From contig CAYPYB010000004.1 of the NCBI GenBank assembly GCA_964415115.1, forward strand, positions 25,007-89,006: a DNA stretch of 64,000 bases. The letters are read 5' to 3'. The DNA is from an uncultured Candidatus Pelagibacter sp. (GTDB taxonomy: Bacteria; Pseudomonadota; Alphaproteobacteria; Paracaedibacterales; CAIOTO01). Of the stretch, positions 9,199-19,767 are shown in pieces (position 1 is the first letter of the stretch; the number at the start of each line of letters is the position of its first letter). The translations under genes and the position numbers were made by a program. The notes below the pieces were generated by a model, which did not search any database, was not told the DNA's origin, and saw only the letters and a program-made list of their open reading frames with translations.

Positions 9199-10479
9199 AT
9201 GGAATCACTCACTTTTAAACATAATTTTCAGTGGCGGAAAAACAAATTATTACAAGAACTTTTCCTAAAGCAAATAGATCTCGATTTGAATATTATCGTA
9301 AGCCGCTACAAAAATTTAAATGATGGAAACATTAACCTTATTAGATTGAGACAAGCTTTTCAAACCTATTGGTCTTCTTTTTTTGATAATGCTAGGATGG
9401 ATTCCGAAACTGCATTAAAAAATTTGATACAAGAATTTGAATTTCAAAAACTTGACGATTTTATTTTTATGAGTGTACAGCAATCCATTAGTTTATTGAC
9501 AACGCATTTCTTTCTCAAAAATGATGATTATGAAAATGAAGAAGATCATCATGATTCTACATCATACGACACCATACTTTTAAGTATCCAAAAACAAATT
9601 ATGGATTTTAGCAACTTTAGAAATCAGATTAAACAAGAAAAAAAACAAAAGCAAACCGATTATCTTTTAGATCTTTTGGAAAACAGTTTGGGCACGATGA
9701 TTGAAAAAATCTCTCAATCAGGAAACGATTTAAATTTAGTTACTAAAAATGTACTCCATTGTGTCAACAAGACTAAGGGTGAAACTTTATCTATTTCATC
9801 CATGTACGAAAAATTTTCTGAAAATGTTAGTTACGCTTCTATTTCTACTCAAAACTTATCTGTATCGATTGATGAAATTGCCAATCAACTTTTTAAAGGC
9901 ACTCAGATGACTAAAAAAAGTGCTGCAGAAGCAAAAAAAGCACAGGAAGTTGTTGGTGGACTTTCCAAAGCAGCTGTAAAAATTGGTGAAGTTGTTAAAA
10001 TAATAAACGAAATTGCTAACCAAACTAATCTGCTTGCATTGAATGCAACAATAGAAGCAGCTCGTGCGGGAAGTGCGGGAAAAGGTTTTTCTGTTGTTGC
10101 ATCAGAAGTCAAAAATCTAGCAGGACAAACAGCAAAAGCAACGGATGAAATTACAGTTCAAATCAAAGAAATGCAAGAAGCGACAAGCAAAGTTGTATCT
10201 TCTATCAAAGAAATGACAGAAACCATTGCCGAAATAAACATTGGAACAACCATTATTGCATCAACCGTGAGCGAACAAGGATCTGCAACGCAAGAAATTT
10301 TTAAAAATATAGCTAACGTTGCCGCATCAAGCTCTAGTCTCATGAATATTATCAGTCAAATCAAAGATTCAACCCATCAAACAGGTATAACAACACAGCA
10401 AGCAGCAAATATTACATTAAAACTAACAGATCAATCAGAATACCTACAAGGAGTTATTCAAAAAATAACTCTACAGTAA
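9199..10479 (+). CDS. Methyl-accepting chemotaxis protein, apparently soluble (no TM segments seen)
   Basis: The highly conserved MCP signalling hairpin is present ([47 protein letters not shown]). The first 200 aa contain no hydrophobic stretch long enough for a TM helix. ATG at 9199 is preferred over the TTG at 9190. Confidence 0.8.
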   Translation: MESLTFKHNFQWRKNKLLQELFLKQIDLDLNIIVSRYKNLNDGNINLIRLRQAFQTYWSSFFDNARMDSETALKNLIQEFEFQKLDDFIFMSVQQSISLLTTHFFLKNDDYENEEDHHDSTSYDTILLSIQKQIMDFSNFRNQIKQEKKQKQTDYLLDLLENSLGTMIEKISQSGNDLNLVTKNVLHCVNKTKGETLSISSMYEKFSENVSYASISTQNLSVSIDEIANQLFKGTQMTKKSAAEAKKAQEVVGGLSKAAVKIGEVVKIINEIANQTNLLALNATIEAARAGSAGKGFSVVASEVKNLAGQTAKATDEITVQIKEMQEATSKVVSSIKEMTETIAEINIGTTIIASTVSEQGSATQEIFKNIANVAASSSSLMNIISQIKDSTHQTGITTQQAANITLKLTDQSEYLQGVIQKITLQ

Positions 10480-10520
10480 TCATAAATCTAGAATTTTTTA
10501 CTTTTCAGAGTTCATTTCCC

Positions 10521-10550
10521 TTGATTTTAATCGTAGTTTTGTTGTATAAT
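10521..10550 (+). promoter_or_regulatory. Candidate sigma-70 promoter for rpmJ
   Basis: TTGATT (10521-10526), an 18-nt spacer, then TATAAT (10545-10550). A GGAGGA Shine-Dalgarno at 10561-10566 and the ATG at 10571 follow. Confidence 0.4.
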
Positions 10551-10570
10551 AATACCTTACGGAGGAAATT

Positions 10571-10696
10571 ATGAAAATCGCAAATTCTTTAAAGACTTTA
10601 AAATCACGTCACAAAGCTTGTAAAATCATCAGAAGAAAAGGCAAACTTTTAGTGATCAACAAAATCAATCCTCGTTTCAAGGCAAAACAAGGTTAA
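10571..10696 (+). CDS. rpmJ: 50S ribosomal protein L36 (not in the supplied ORF track)
   Basis: The 41-aa translation is [41 protein letters not shown]. It matches the alphaproteobacterial non-zinc L36 form (MKV.SSLKS.K.RH..C..VRRKGR.YVINK.NPRFKARQG). It is preceded by a GGAGGA RBS. Confidence 0.85.
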   Translation: MKIANSLKTLKSRHKACKIIRRKGKLLVINKINPRFKAKQG

Positions 10697-10764
10697 CACT
10701 TTAATCAGTTGTTAATTTTATGCTGATATGGTCATAATATCAACATCACAAGGTTTTAAATTCT

Positions 10765-11766
10765 TTGTCACTCAGTATTTATACGACTCACATAGAGTTC
10801 AGTAACAATTCTGCTCTTAAGCAGCTTGTTGGCCCACAAAATGATCTTTTGAAAATTGTTGAAAAATATTATGACACTCATATTGGGCATAGAGGTAATA
10901 TAATTACGCTCACAGGGCCTCAAGAAGGCGTAGATAAAACTGTTAGAGCTTTGCGTTACTTGTATGACATGATTATCGAAAAATACCATGTCGATGTTGA
11001 TATTGTAGAATCAATAATAAAAAATCCCAACAACACAGGTTCGTTTGTTCCTACGGTTAACAAAAACAAAACTCAAGCGACAAACCCTAATTCAACAACC
11101 CCTCCAATACACCTTAATACGCGAAAACGTATTATCATTCCACGAACCGAAAATCAAACAACATATATCAAAGAACTTTTACAAAGTGAGATGATTTTTG
11201 GAATTGGTCCTGCTGGAACAGGAAAAAGCTACCTTGCCGTAGCAGGTGCTGTCGATAGTTTGCTTGAAGGCAAAGTTGAAAAAATAATTTTATGCCGCCC
11301 TGCTGTTGAAGCTGGTGAAAAAATTGGATTTTTACCTGGTGACATGAAAGAAAAAGTAGATCCTTTTTTACGCCCCTTAATGGACGCACTCAACGACATG
11401 TTGCCCACTGAAACCGTTGCTAAGAAAATTGCAACCGGAGAAATCGAAATAGCCCCTCTAGCGTTTATGAGAGGCCGTACTTTAACAAATGCTTTTATTA
11501 TTTTAGATGAAGCACAAAACACAACACCAACTCAAATGAAAATGTTTTTAACCAGGCTAGGTACCAATTCAAAAATGGTGATTAATGGTGACCTTAGCCA
11601 AAGCGATTTACCACATGGGCAAGAATCTGGGTTAGCTCATGCACAAAAATTTTTGAAGCCTCTTAAAGAAATACCTTTCATTGAATTCAATGAAAGTGAT
11701 ATTGTAAGACACCATCTGGTATCAAAAATTATTTCTGCTTATAATGCAAAGGCACCATCTACATAA
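10765..11766 (+). CDS. phoH: PhoH-like ATPase (YbeZ)
   Basis: 333 aa. Walker A GPAGTGKSYLA, Walker B-like ILDEAQNTT, and a TTG start. It sits in the conserved ybeZ-ybeY-corC arrangement. Confidence 0.85.
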   Translation: MSLSIYTTHIEFSNNSALKQLVGPQNDLLKIVEKYYDTHIGHRGNIITLTGPQEGVDKTVRALRYLYDMIIEKYHVDVDIVESIIKNPNNTGSFVPTVNKNKTQATNPNSTTPPIHLNTRKRIIIPRTENQTTYIKELLQSEMIFGIGPAGTGKSYLAVAGAVDSLLEGKVEKIILCRPAVEAGEKIGFLPGDMKEKVDPFLRPLMDALNDMLPTETVAKKIATGEIEIAPLAFMRGRTLTNAFIILDEAQNTTPTQMKMFLTRLGTNSKMVINGDLSQSDLPHGQESGLAHAQKFLKPLKEIPFIEFNESDIVRHHLVSKIISAYNAKAPST

Positions 11767-11768
11767 CT

Positions 11769-12260
11769 ATGAATGAACTAGACTTGCATATCGAACAAGA
11801 TATCGAAGACCCGCGATGGTCCCCCTATAACTTGCACCTTATAGAATCTATAGCGCAATATGTGATTAATGAACTTAACATATCATCATCCCTATTTATT
11901 GAACTACATCTTGTTAATGACGAATCCATTCAAAAATTAAATCATGAATATAGGCAAAAAGATAAAGCAACAAATGTTTTATCTTTTCCAGCCTTTGATG
12001 GAAATCTCGACTTATCAAAACTTCATCAAAATATCACTATTGGATTAGGGGATATTTTTTTATCCTTTGAAACGATTCAAAAGGAAAGAGAAGACAAACA
12101 AATATCCTTTGAAAATCATTGTTATCATTTATTTCTTCATGGCCTATTGCATCTTTTGGGTTTTGATCACCAAACAGACGAAGAAGCCAACACCATGGAA
12201 ACAATAGAAATTAAAATTCTTTCACACTTCAATATTTCTAACCCGTACGAGAAAGTATAA
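11769..12260 (+). CDS. ybeY: rRNA maturation endoribonuclease YbeY
   Basis: 163 aa with the zinc motif HLFLHGLLHLLGFDH. Confidence 0.9.
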   Translation: MNELDLHIEQDIEDPRWSPYNLHLIESIAQYVINELNISSSLFIELHLVNDESIQKLNHEYRQKDKATNVLSFPAFDGNLDLSKLHQNITIGLGDIFLSFETIQKEREDKQISFENHCYHLFLHGLLHLLGFDHQTDEEANTMETIEIKILSHFNISNPYEKV

Positions 12261-13177
12261 TGCCAACATCTTATATGTCTAAAAAATTATTCAAAAAAAC
12301 AAATTCCTTATTTCACAATATCACTTCACTTTTTAAGAAAAGATCTGAAAACGAAGGTAGTCTTAGAGATACTATTGAAGAACTCATTGAAGAAACCAAT
12401 GAAGAAGTTCCATCGTTAGAAACAACTGAAAGAGTCCTTCTAACCAATATTTTAGACCTTAAAGACGTTACAGCCGATGATATTATGATTCCAAGAGCAG
12501 ACATCATTGCTGTTTCATCGACCGCAACACAAGAGCAAATGATTGCCGAATTTGCAAGAACAGGTGTACCCGCTTTAATTATTTATAATGGCAACCTTGA
12601 CAACGTCATTGGTATTGTCCACACACAAGATATAATACTTTGGATGAATACAGGAAAACCTTTTGTTTTGCACACCTTTATGCGTGATGTGATGTTTGTT
12701 TCACCTTCTATGAGAGCCATAGACCTTCTTATCATCATGAAAAATACAGGAACTAAAGTTGCAATCGTCGTCGACGAATACGGTGGTGTAGATGGATTAG
12801 TGACCTTTCACTTGCTTATTGAAACTGTTATTGGCGATATTGAGGGCCAAACTTATCATCATCCTGAACCTCAAATTAACTGGAAATCTGATGGTTCCAT
12901 TATTGCCGATGGCAGATCGACGATTGAAGATCTTGACGAACTTGTAGGTAAAGAGTTACAACTTGTAGATAAAGATGACGACATCGAAACCATAGCAGGT
13001 GTTGTGGCCTCTATAACAGGCAGAGTTCCAGCAAGAGGAGAAATTATCAAACATTATTCTGGTGTTGAATTTGAAATTTTAGACGCCGACCCTCGAAGAG
13101 TAAAAAGAGTTTGCATTAAAAATCTCTCATTATTGACAGAAAAAAATTCTGACATTGACGAAGAAAACAAAGACTAA
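12260..13177 (+). CDS. corC: CBS-pair plus CorC_HlyC domain protein (CorC/YbeX; TlyC-like)
   Basis: 305 aa. It has a CBS pair region and a C-terminal transporter-associated domain ([21 protein letters not shown]...[14 protein letters not shown]). Its start overlaps the ybeY stop. Confidence 0.8.
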   Translation: MPTSYMSKKLFKKTNSLFHNITSLFKKRSENEGSLRDTIEELIEETNEEVPSLETTERVLLTNILDLKDVTADDIMIPRADIIAVSSTATQEQMIAEFARTGVPALIIYNGNLDNVIGIVHTQDIILWMNTGKPFVLHTFMRDVMFVSPSMRAIDLLIIMKNTGTKVAIVVDEYGGVDGLVTFHLLIETVIGDIEGQTYHHPEPQINWKSDGSIIADGRSTIEDLDELVGKELQLVDKDDDIETIAGVVASITGRVPARGEIIKHYSGVEFEILDADPRRVKRVCIKNLSLLTEKNSDIDEENKD

Positions 13178-13269
13178 TTTTTTATATTTTCATCGTTTTA
13201 TCATCAAATTATCTCACAAGAATATTAAATTGTGTTATTCTCAAACTAACAAATTTAAAAAAATTCGAC

Positions 13270-14106
13270 ATGACACTATTAGACATTAAGACTCAAAAAT
13301 TAATTGAAGAAGCTTTTGAAAATCGCAACAACGCTAGTATTAAAGAAGATATCCTTTTAAAAACAGCTGTGCTAAACATTATTGACCTTTTAGATCAAGG
13401 TCAAGTCAGAGTATGTGAGAAAATTGATGGTGTTTGGACAACCAATACAACCATCAAAAAAGCCATCCTTCTTTCTTTTGCACTTCAAAAAAATGAAATT
13501 GTAGGATCACCCGATTTCACACATTGGTTTGATAAAGTTAATCTCAAGAACTCTAATTGGCACGAGGATGATTTTAATTATGCTGGGTATCGCAGTGTCC
13601 CAGGTGCTATTGTTCGCAAAGGAAGCTTTATTGATAAAGGCGTTGTCTTGATGCCAAGTTTTGTAAATATTGGCGCTTTCGTTGGCAGCAATACTATGAT
13701 CGACACATGGAGCACTGTTGGTTCATGCGCACAAATTGGCAAGAACTGCCATATTTCTGGCGGTGTTGGCATTGGTGGCGTTCTTGAACCACTACAAGCA
13801 AACCCTGTCATTATTGAAGACAATTGCTTTATTGGTGCAAGGTCCGAAATTGCTGAAGGCGTTATTGTAGAAGAAGGCGCTGTCATTTCGATGGGTGTTT
13901 TCATAGGTGCCTCTACAAAAATCGTAGATAGACAAACGGGCACCATTTATCAAGGAAGAGTTCCAGCCTACAGCGTTGTTATACCTGGTGTACTTCCTGC
14001 AAAAGAACCTCAACTTCCTCTTCTATCCTGCGCTGTCATTGTTAAAACGGTTGATGAAAGAACACGTTCCAAAACCGGTATCAATGACATTTTGAGAGAT
14101 GCATGA
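13270..14106 (+). CDS. dapD: 2,3,4,5-tetrahydropyridine-2,6-dicarboxylate N-succinyltransferase
   Basis: 278 aa with hexapeptide-repeat left-handed beta-helix segments ([40 protein letters not shown]). The overall layout fits DapD. Confidence 0.85.
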   Translation: MTLLDIKTQKLIEEAFENRNNASIKEDILLKTAVLNIIDLLDQGQVRVCEKIDGVWTTNTTIKKAILLSFALQKNEIVGSPDFTHWFDKVNLKNSNWHEDDFNYAGYRSVPGAIVRKGSFIDKGVVLMPSFVNIGAFVGSNTMIDTWSTVGSCAQIGKNCHISGGVGIGGVLEPLQANPVIIEDNCFIGARSEIAEGVIVEEGAVISMGVFIGASTKIVDRQTGTIYQGRVPAYSVVIPGVLPAKEPQLPLLSCAVIVKTVDERTRSKTGINDILRDA

Positions 14107-15266
14107 AACCTTTATCTTGTGAAATAATTGCGCAGCAACTTATCCAATTTGAAAGTGTAACCCCTTTAGAAAGCGGATGTTTTGAATATATTGAATCACT
14201 TTTGATTCCGTTTGGTTTTAAATGTCAAGTTATTCAAATAGAGGATGTTGGCAATTTCTATGCAACATATTCCGACACAAACACCCCAACAAAACATCTT
14301 ATTTTTGTAGGACACGTAGATGTTGTGCCTGCCACCCATTCATCCGCATGGACCTACCCTCCTTTTGCTGGAGAAATCCATAATGATAAATTATATGGTC
14401 GTGGTGCCTGCGATATGAAAGGCGCTATTGCAGCCTTTCTTGCGGCCGCTCAGGAATTGATAGAACAACAAAAACATCCTTTTCCTCATCAAATCAGCAT
14501 TCTCCTCACCAGCGATGAAGAAGGTGATGCCATCAATGGAATACAAAAAATGATTCCGTGGTTACAAAATCAAAACCAAAAATTTGATTTATGCATTGTA
14601 GGTGAACCAACCAACCCTGAAATTATGGGACAAATGATAAAAATCGGACGCCGAGGCAGTGTTTCCTTTAAGCTAAAAATTATTGGTATTGCTGGACATA
14701 TTGCATATCCAGAAAAAGCACTTAATCCTCTTTCTGCATTAGCTCAATATTTATATGAATTAAACAACCTGACTCTTGATCATGGAAATGATTTTTTTCA
14801 ACCTTCAAATTTAGAAATTTCATCGGTAGACACGCACAATCCAACGGGAAATGTTATTCCAAATATGTGTGAAATAAAATTCAATATCCGCTTCAACAAT
14901 GAACATACAGCTAAACAATTAATCGATCTGATACACCAAAAAGTGCAGGAATCTATTGAAAAGATTTCACCACAATATACGTTCGAATTAACACATTCTG
15001 TTTCAGCGCACCCTTTTATAATGTCTGAGAATCCATACATACAAATGTTTTCAGAAATAGTGCAAAAAATTACCCAGATCACACCACAATTAAGCACATC
15101 GGGTGGAACATCAGATGCCAGATTTATGCATCATCTTTGCCCAACTTTTGAATTTGGATTAATCAGTGATCAAGCTCATAAAACAGATGAACACCTTATC
15201 ATCCATGAACTTAAGCAACTTAAAAACATTTACAAAAATTTCTTAAATGAATTTTTTAGAAGGTAA
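14103..15266 (+). CDS. dapE: Succinyl-diaminopimelate desuccinylase
   Basis: 387 aa M20 peptidase. Motifs include [20 protein letters not shown] and TSDEEG. Its ATG overlaps the dapD TGA stop (ATGA). Confidence 0.85.
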   Translation: MKPLSCEIIAQQLIQFESVTPLESGCFEYIESLLIPFGFKCQVIQIEDVGNFYATYSDTNTPTKHLIFVGHVDVVPATHSSAWTYPPFAGEIHNDKLYGRGACDMKGAIAAFLAAAQELIEQQKHPFPHQISILLTSDEEGDAINGIQKMIPWLQNQNQKFDLCIVGEPTNPEIMGQMIKIGRRGSVSFKLKIIGIAGHIAYPEKALNPLSALAQYLYELNNLTLDHGNDFFQPSNLEISSVDTHNPTGNVIPNMCEIKFNIRFNNEHTAKQLIDLIHQKVQESIEKISPQYTFELTHSVSAHPFIMSENPYIQMFSEIVQKITQITPQLSTSGGTSDARFMHHLCPTFEFGLISDQAHKTDEHLIIHELKQLKNIYKNFLNEFFRR

Positions 15267-15270
15267 AGTT

Positions 15271-16356
15271 ATGAAACTCAATAAAAAAAAGATTCTCATT
15301 GTTAGTGGTGGAACAGGTGGACATATTTTTCCAGCTGTCGCATTAGCAGACGAGTTAAAAAAACAGTCTATACCTTATGGTTTTGCAACAGACCAAAGAG
15401 GTTTGGAATTTTTAAATAAAACAGAACATAAAACTGATATTGTTTCCAATATTAAAAGAACGTCGCATTACTTTGGAAAATTTATTTATCCCTTAAGCAT
15501 GGGATTGGAATTGTTTAAATGTCTAGTCAAACTTATTGTGGACAGACCTCGTGCTGTGATTGGTTTTGGTGGATACCCCTCTGTACCTTGTGTTTTTGCA
15601 GCCCAAATTTTAAAAATTCCAACTATCATTCACGAAGGAAACGCACTACTAGGTAAAGCCAATAGATTTCTTGCAAGGTCTGCCCAAACCATATGTTTAT
15701 CTTTTGAAACTACAAAATACGCCGATAAATGGCTACATAAGACTCAATATACGGGCATGTTAGTTAGATCTAGTGTTATTGAATTAGAAGACTTTAATAA
15801 ATCTGTCCAAGACAAATTCAACATTATTATTATTGGGGGAAGCCAAGGTGCTAAAATTTTTGGTGATATTATCCCCAAAGCCCTTGCTTTGCTAAACTCT
15901 AATTATCAAAGCAAAATACATGTTTTTCATCAAGCTCGAAAAGATCAGGTCCTTGAAATAACGGCTTTCTATAAAAACTTACAGTGCAGCGCTGTTGTTT
16001 TACCGTTTTTAAATCCTATTGCAGACTATTACAAAAAAGCAGATTTTATTATTTCACGTGCAGGCGCTTCTACCATAGCTGAGCTTTGTATAGCTAAACT
16101 TCCAGCTATTTTAATACCGTTTGCCGCATCTGAAGAAGGAGATCAAACCATCAATGCACATCAGTTATCATTAAACGATGCAGCTTGGGTATTTTCCGAA
16201 TATGAAATCACACCTGAAAAAATTGCTCATATTCTTCAAACAGTGATAGAAGATCCTCATTCTATGGATGATAAAAGAGAAAAACTACACCTATTATCAA
16301 AACCTTTTGCAACACACGACGTTCTAAAAATCATATGTAAAAACATTAAAAAATAA
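15271..16356 (+). CDS. murG: UDP-N-acetylglucosamine--N-acetylmuramyl-(pentapeptide) pyrophosphoryl-undecaprenol GlcNAc transferase
   Basis: SGGTGGHIFPA N-terminal motif and GGSQGA. ATG 15271 (MKLNKKKILIV) is preferred over ATG 15247, which lies inside dapE. Confidence 0.85.
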   Translation: MKLNKKKILIVSGGTGGHIFPAVALADELKKQSIPYGFATDQRGLEFLNKTEHKTDIVSNIKRTSHYFGKFIYPLSMGLELFKCLVKLIVDRPRAVIGFGGYPSVPCVFAAQILKIPTIIHEGNALLGKANRFLARSAQTICLSFETTKYADKWLHKTQYTGMLVRSSVIELEDFNKSVQDKFNIIIIGGSQGAKIFGDIIPKALALLNSNYQSKIHVFHQARKDQVLEITAFYKNLQCSAVVLPFLNPIADYYKKADFIISRAGASTIAELCIAKLPAILIPFAASEEGDQTINAHQLSLNDAAWVFSEYEITPEKIAHILQTVIEDPHSMDDKREKLHLLSKPFATHDVLKIICKNIKK

Positions 16357-16426
16357 ATAAATATTGTAATAACTCATGATATTTCATATAATAAAACAAT
16401 ATAGAGTAATAAATTTATAATTTGTA

Positions 16427-16639
16427 ATGATTAAAAAATCATTTGTTATCATGGGGCATCCAACATCCATTAAATTGGAAAAAGAATTTTGGCATGAACT
16501 ACAACTTATTGCTGAGTCGGAAAAAGTATCTTTAAAATCCCTTATTGAACAACAGGATAACTTTAGGGATTCTACTAATTTTGCTAGTTATTTAAGGACT
16601 TTTGTTCTTCAAAAACTCAATTCAAAAATTATAAGATAA
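16427..16639 (+). CDS. Ribbon-helix-helix domain protein (RHH_4-like)
   Basis: 70 aa. The sequence SFVIMGHPTSIKLEKEFWHELQLIAESEKVSLKSLIEQQD...NFASYLRTFVLQ follows the RHH_4 pattern (G..TS+.LE..FW..L..IA......L..L+..+D.....NL+S.+R+FVL). Confidence 0.6.
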   Translation: MIKKSFVIMGHPTSIKLEKEFWHELQLIAESEKVSLKSLIEQQDNFRDSTNFASYLRTFVLQKLNSKIIR

Positions 16640-17643
16640 TGAAGCTTTCGTTAGATATTGGGTTTATAGAAATTTCTGCACCATCAGCGCAAAAGCACGA
16701 TGCATTAAAAACATTACTATTGAAACTTGGTTTTAATCTAGTTGGGCATCACAAATTCCATGCGGTTGAATTGTATAAAAATGTTTCATCTTATATTGCT
16801 TTAAATTATGAACAAAAAGGAAGAGGTAATTGTCGTGAAGGCGCATATGTCCAGATGCATGGTTTATGCATTTCTGGGTTATGCCTTTTGACAGATCATG
16901 TTGCACAGCTTACACATCAGCTTTTGCAATGTGGAGGTCAGCTGTATAAATACCATACACCTTTTAACGTGCAATCATTTATGGGATTGGGAGATTCTCT
17001 TTTGCATCTATTGGATAAATTTAAATGGAAAGAATTTCTCATGCGTCATTTCAATGTGATTGAAAAAACGCAGCATGCGCTTAAGATTATCAATTCTATA
17101 TGCTTTGATCATTTACAAATTTCTATATTCAAAGCCCATGAATTACAGACTTTAAAAATCCTTTGTTCAGGTCTAGGTCTTATAAAAACAAGCTCTAATA
17201 ATCTACATCCAAACAGCCATGTTATTCATTCTATCGAATCGCGTTGTAAGAATATATTATTAAGAGTCCAAGTTATATCCGGTAATGATGCAGGAAGTAA
17301 TCACTATCTGAATAAGCATCAAGATTCTGGAATTTCAATGATTGGCCTTCAAGTGAATGATTTTGAAAGTGGCATTCCCCAAGAAATTAAAAATAAAATG
17401 AAGTTCACGCAAAGATCAGCACAATACTATATTGAAGCTTCTGATCTATTCCAACAAACGTGCATTAATTTTTTTAAACTAAGCAAACAAAGTCTAGGCA
17501 TTGATGGATATGTTGACATTGCCCATTATGCTTATTTTACAACAGTTGTAGAGGAAAATTTAATATCTCCTCTACAATTTATTTTAGTTCAAAGACCTAA
17601 AGGATCTGAAAAGTTCGTAGGTAATTTTGAATACTTTACTTAA
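16639..17643 (+). CDS. 4-hydroxyphenylpyruvate dioxygenase-like (VOC fold) protein, divergent
   Basis: 334 aa. The N-terminal [42 protein letters not shown]...ALNYE parallels the HPPD N-terminal half. The C-terminal [11 protein letters not shown] and [19 protein letters not shown] parallel GIQHIAL and FFEIIQRKG..GFGEGNF, but with ligand positions substituted. Confidence 0.4.
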   Translation: MKLSLDIGFIEISAPSAQKHDALKTLLLKLGFNLVGHHKFHAVELYKNVSSYIALNYEQKGRGNCREGAYVQMHGLCISGLCLLTDHVAQLTHQLLQCGGQLYKYHTPFNVQSFMGLGDSLLHLLDKFKWKEFLMRHFNVIEKTQHALKIINSICFDHLQISIFKAHELQTLKILCSGLGLIKTSSNNLHPNSHVIHSIESRCKNILLRVQVISGNDAGSNHYLNKHQDSGISMIGLQVNDFESGIPQEIKNKMKFTQRSAQYYIEASDLFQQTCINFFKLSKQSLGIDGYVDIAHYAYFTTVVEENLISPLQFILVQRPKGSEKFVGNFEYFT

Positions 17644-18278
17644 ACTTCTGAAGGCTGATCAGCATTGAGAACGATAGCTGTGTCTTCTCTTTTTTCAACA
17701 ACATGATCAACTAAACCAAATACTTTTGCTTCATCTGCAGACATAAAACTGTCTCTTTCCATGGCAGATTCAATTCTTTCTAGAGGTTGGCCTGTACATT
17801 CTACATAAATTTCATTTAAGCGTGCGCGTAATTTTAAAATTTCGCGAGCTTGAATTTCTATATCTGTAGCTTGACCTTGTGCACCACCTGAAGGCTGATG
17901 AACCATGATACGTGAATTTTTCAAAGCATATCGTTTTCCTTTAGTTCCTGCTGTTAAAAGCAAAGAACCCATAGAACATGCTTGCCCCATACACAATGTA
18001 GCCACATCGCAACGAATATATTTCATCGTATCAAAAATAGACATCCCTGATGTCACCACACCACCCGGTGAGTTAATGTACATAAAGATATCTTTTTTTG
18101 GATTTTCAGCTTCTAAAAATAGTAACTGAGCGCATATTGTTGCGGCCATTTCGTCATACACTTGACCTGTCAAAAAAATAATTCTTTCTTTGAGTAATCG
18201 TGAATAGATGTCGTAAGAACGTTCTCCTCGACCTGATTGTTCAACAACGTAAGGAATAAGTGTCAATTTTTTCTCCAT
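17640..18278 (-). CDS. clpP: ATP-dependent Clp protease proteolytic subunit
   Basis: 212 aa. [17 protein letters not shown], catalytic Ser in [11 protein letters not shown], and His in MVHQPSGG. Confidence 0.9.
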   Translation of the reverse strand: MEKKLTLIPYVVEQSGRGERSYDIYSRLLKERIIFLTGQVYDEMAATICAQLLFLEAENPKKDIFMYINSPGGVVTSGMSIFDTMKYIRCDVATLCMGQACSMGSLLLTAGTKGKRYALKNSRIMVHQPSGGAQGQATDIEIQAREILKLRARLNEIYVECTGQPLERIESAMERDSFMSADEAKVFGLVDHVVEKREDTAIVLNADQPSEV

Positions 18279-18483
18279 TTATCTTTTGCATATCAACATC
18301 ATGATACATCAAATTTAAAATTTATTTAACCAAAACACACATATATCCATGTTTTTTTAACAAGGATGAGTCTCATTACATAGGGCTTAGAACAAAAATA
18401 TGTTGAGTAGAACTTACTTTTTCTAATGACCTTTTATGCATAACTTAGCAATGTTCTTAAGAATCTTTCTGCAGTAGCAGGTT

Positions 18484-18847
18484 CTACTTTTTCTTAAGAC
18501 GTTGCCTAATCCCTGATAACACTTGTTCTGTATTTAAAGAATATTCTTCTACACTTTTGTCTTTTGAAGATATTGAGTTTCTGTCATCTTTAAAATTTGA
18601 AAGGTCCAGTGGTTCTACATAAAAACCATATATCCTGGCAGACCGTTCGTTTCTCACAGTGTTCACGTATCGACGCTATCTTTTTAAACAAATCTTTTTC
18701 TGATTCTAAACACCTAATTTCATGATCAGCTTCTTCATTTAAATAAACCATTACATAATGGGAATGATTATCATCTAAAGAATAAGGTTCTTCTTTGAAT
18801 TGAAAAGATTTTGAACTAGCAATAGTGATACTCCCTTTCATGTCCAA
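18484..18847 (-). pseudogene. Small hypothetical gene split into two overlapping frames (18590..18847 and 18484..18666)
   Basis: Two same-strand ORFs overlap by 77 nt in different frames. The downstream frame (VNTVRNERSARIYGFYVEPLDLSNFKDD...) looks more protein-like than the tail of the upstream one (CQDIWFLCRTTGPFKF). This suggests a frameshift near 18660-18680. Confidence 0.3.
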
Positions 18848-18878
18848 ATTTTTTAATTTTTTTAAATCTATTGTGATT

Positions 18879-19616
18879 TTAATGGAGGCCCATGGGCCCT
18901 GTTTGCAATTTTTCTGTGCAGTAAGTCAGAGGTCCATATAGAGGTGATATTTCTTTATACCATGCATATGAGTAGAGATTATCAACAGAAGTATCATGTG
19001 ATTTTTGTGAATATTGAACGGTTAATTCTTTGACTGATCTATAATCCCTTCTGTATTCAACAACTCCAAGTTTTTCTTTTTGAATCTTTTGCATATCTTT
19101 GTTTTTCATTGGTCTTGATTGAAATTCTTGTGCCAATTTCCATGATTCAGGAAAACCATATAACCCATCGATAAATATTAATAATAATTCTTGATTAGCT
19201 TTTAAATAATCTCTATCTTGAAATTGCCATAAATTTTGTATGTATTCAGTTTTTACCTTTTCTAAAATTTCTTCTATTTCAAAAAGTTTGAGTTGAGCGT
19301 TTGGATCAAATATTTTTGTTAAAATTGCTTCTGCCCTATTAATATAAGTATTTTCCATTTCATACGTTTTGTAAATTTTATTTAAGCTATCTTTTACTGC
19401 TAAAACTGTTTCAAATTCAGTCTCCATTTCCTTTAGAGAATGTTCTGATAAATCTAATAATAGGACAGGATGGTCTTCGGGAAAACTATTATAACTACTC
19501 CAATTTTTAAGAGAAGATAAATGATAAGGCTGTAAAGAGTATGGAAGATCTATGAAATGAGAAGTAGAAGCCCAAGAAAAAAATGATATAAAAATTAAAA
19601 TGATTTTATGTGTCAT
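18879..19616 (-). CDS. Hypothetical secreted protein
   Basis: 245 aa with an N-terminal signal-like segment (KIILIFISFFSWASTS). No family recognised. Confidence 0.5.
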   Translation of the reverse strand: MTHKIILIFISFFSWASTSHFIDLPYSLQPYHLSSLKNWSSYNSFPEDHPVLLLDLSEHSLKEMETEFETVLAVKDSLNKIYKTYEMENTYINRAEAILTKIFDPNAQLKLFEIEEILEKVKTEYIQNLWQFQDRDYLKANQELLLIFIDGLYGFPESWKLAQEFQSRPMKNKDMQKIQKEKLGVVEYRRDYRSVKELTVQYSQKSHDTSVDNLYSYAWYKEISPLYGPLTYCTEKLQTGPMGLH

Positions 19617-19767
19617 AATTCTTCCTCTGAAGTTTAATGTTTCATAACTTTTTGCTAAATACCGCGATTGACTAATCCTAGTACATCACATTTCAAAAGG
19701 GCAAGACTAAATGATCAATTTGCAAAAACTAAATTCAATTTTACACAATCTTATGTTTTATTTATTT

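Noticed and set aside
13578-13946. 122-aa antisense ORF inside dapD. Similar shadow ORFs occur at 2697..2891, 3156..3338, 7573..7854, 9903..10112, 11229..11522, 14798..15097, 29781..30029, 36360..36611, 41982..42509, 47493..47744, 51733..51966, 54660..54976 and 56251..57895.
   Set aside because: All lie entirely within well-supported conserved genes on the opposite strand or in another frame. They have low-complexity or compositionally odd translations and no start or RBS context.
14100-14106. Possible alternative genetic code (TGA read as Trp), given the AT-rich symbiont-like composition
   Set aside because: TGA terminates dapD exactly at the conserved C-terminus and overlaps the dapE ATG. 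Conserved proteins show no in-frame TGA, so the standard bacterial code fits.
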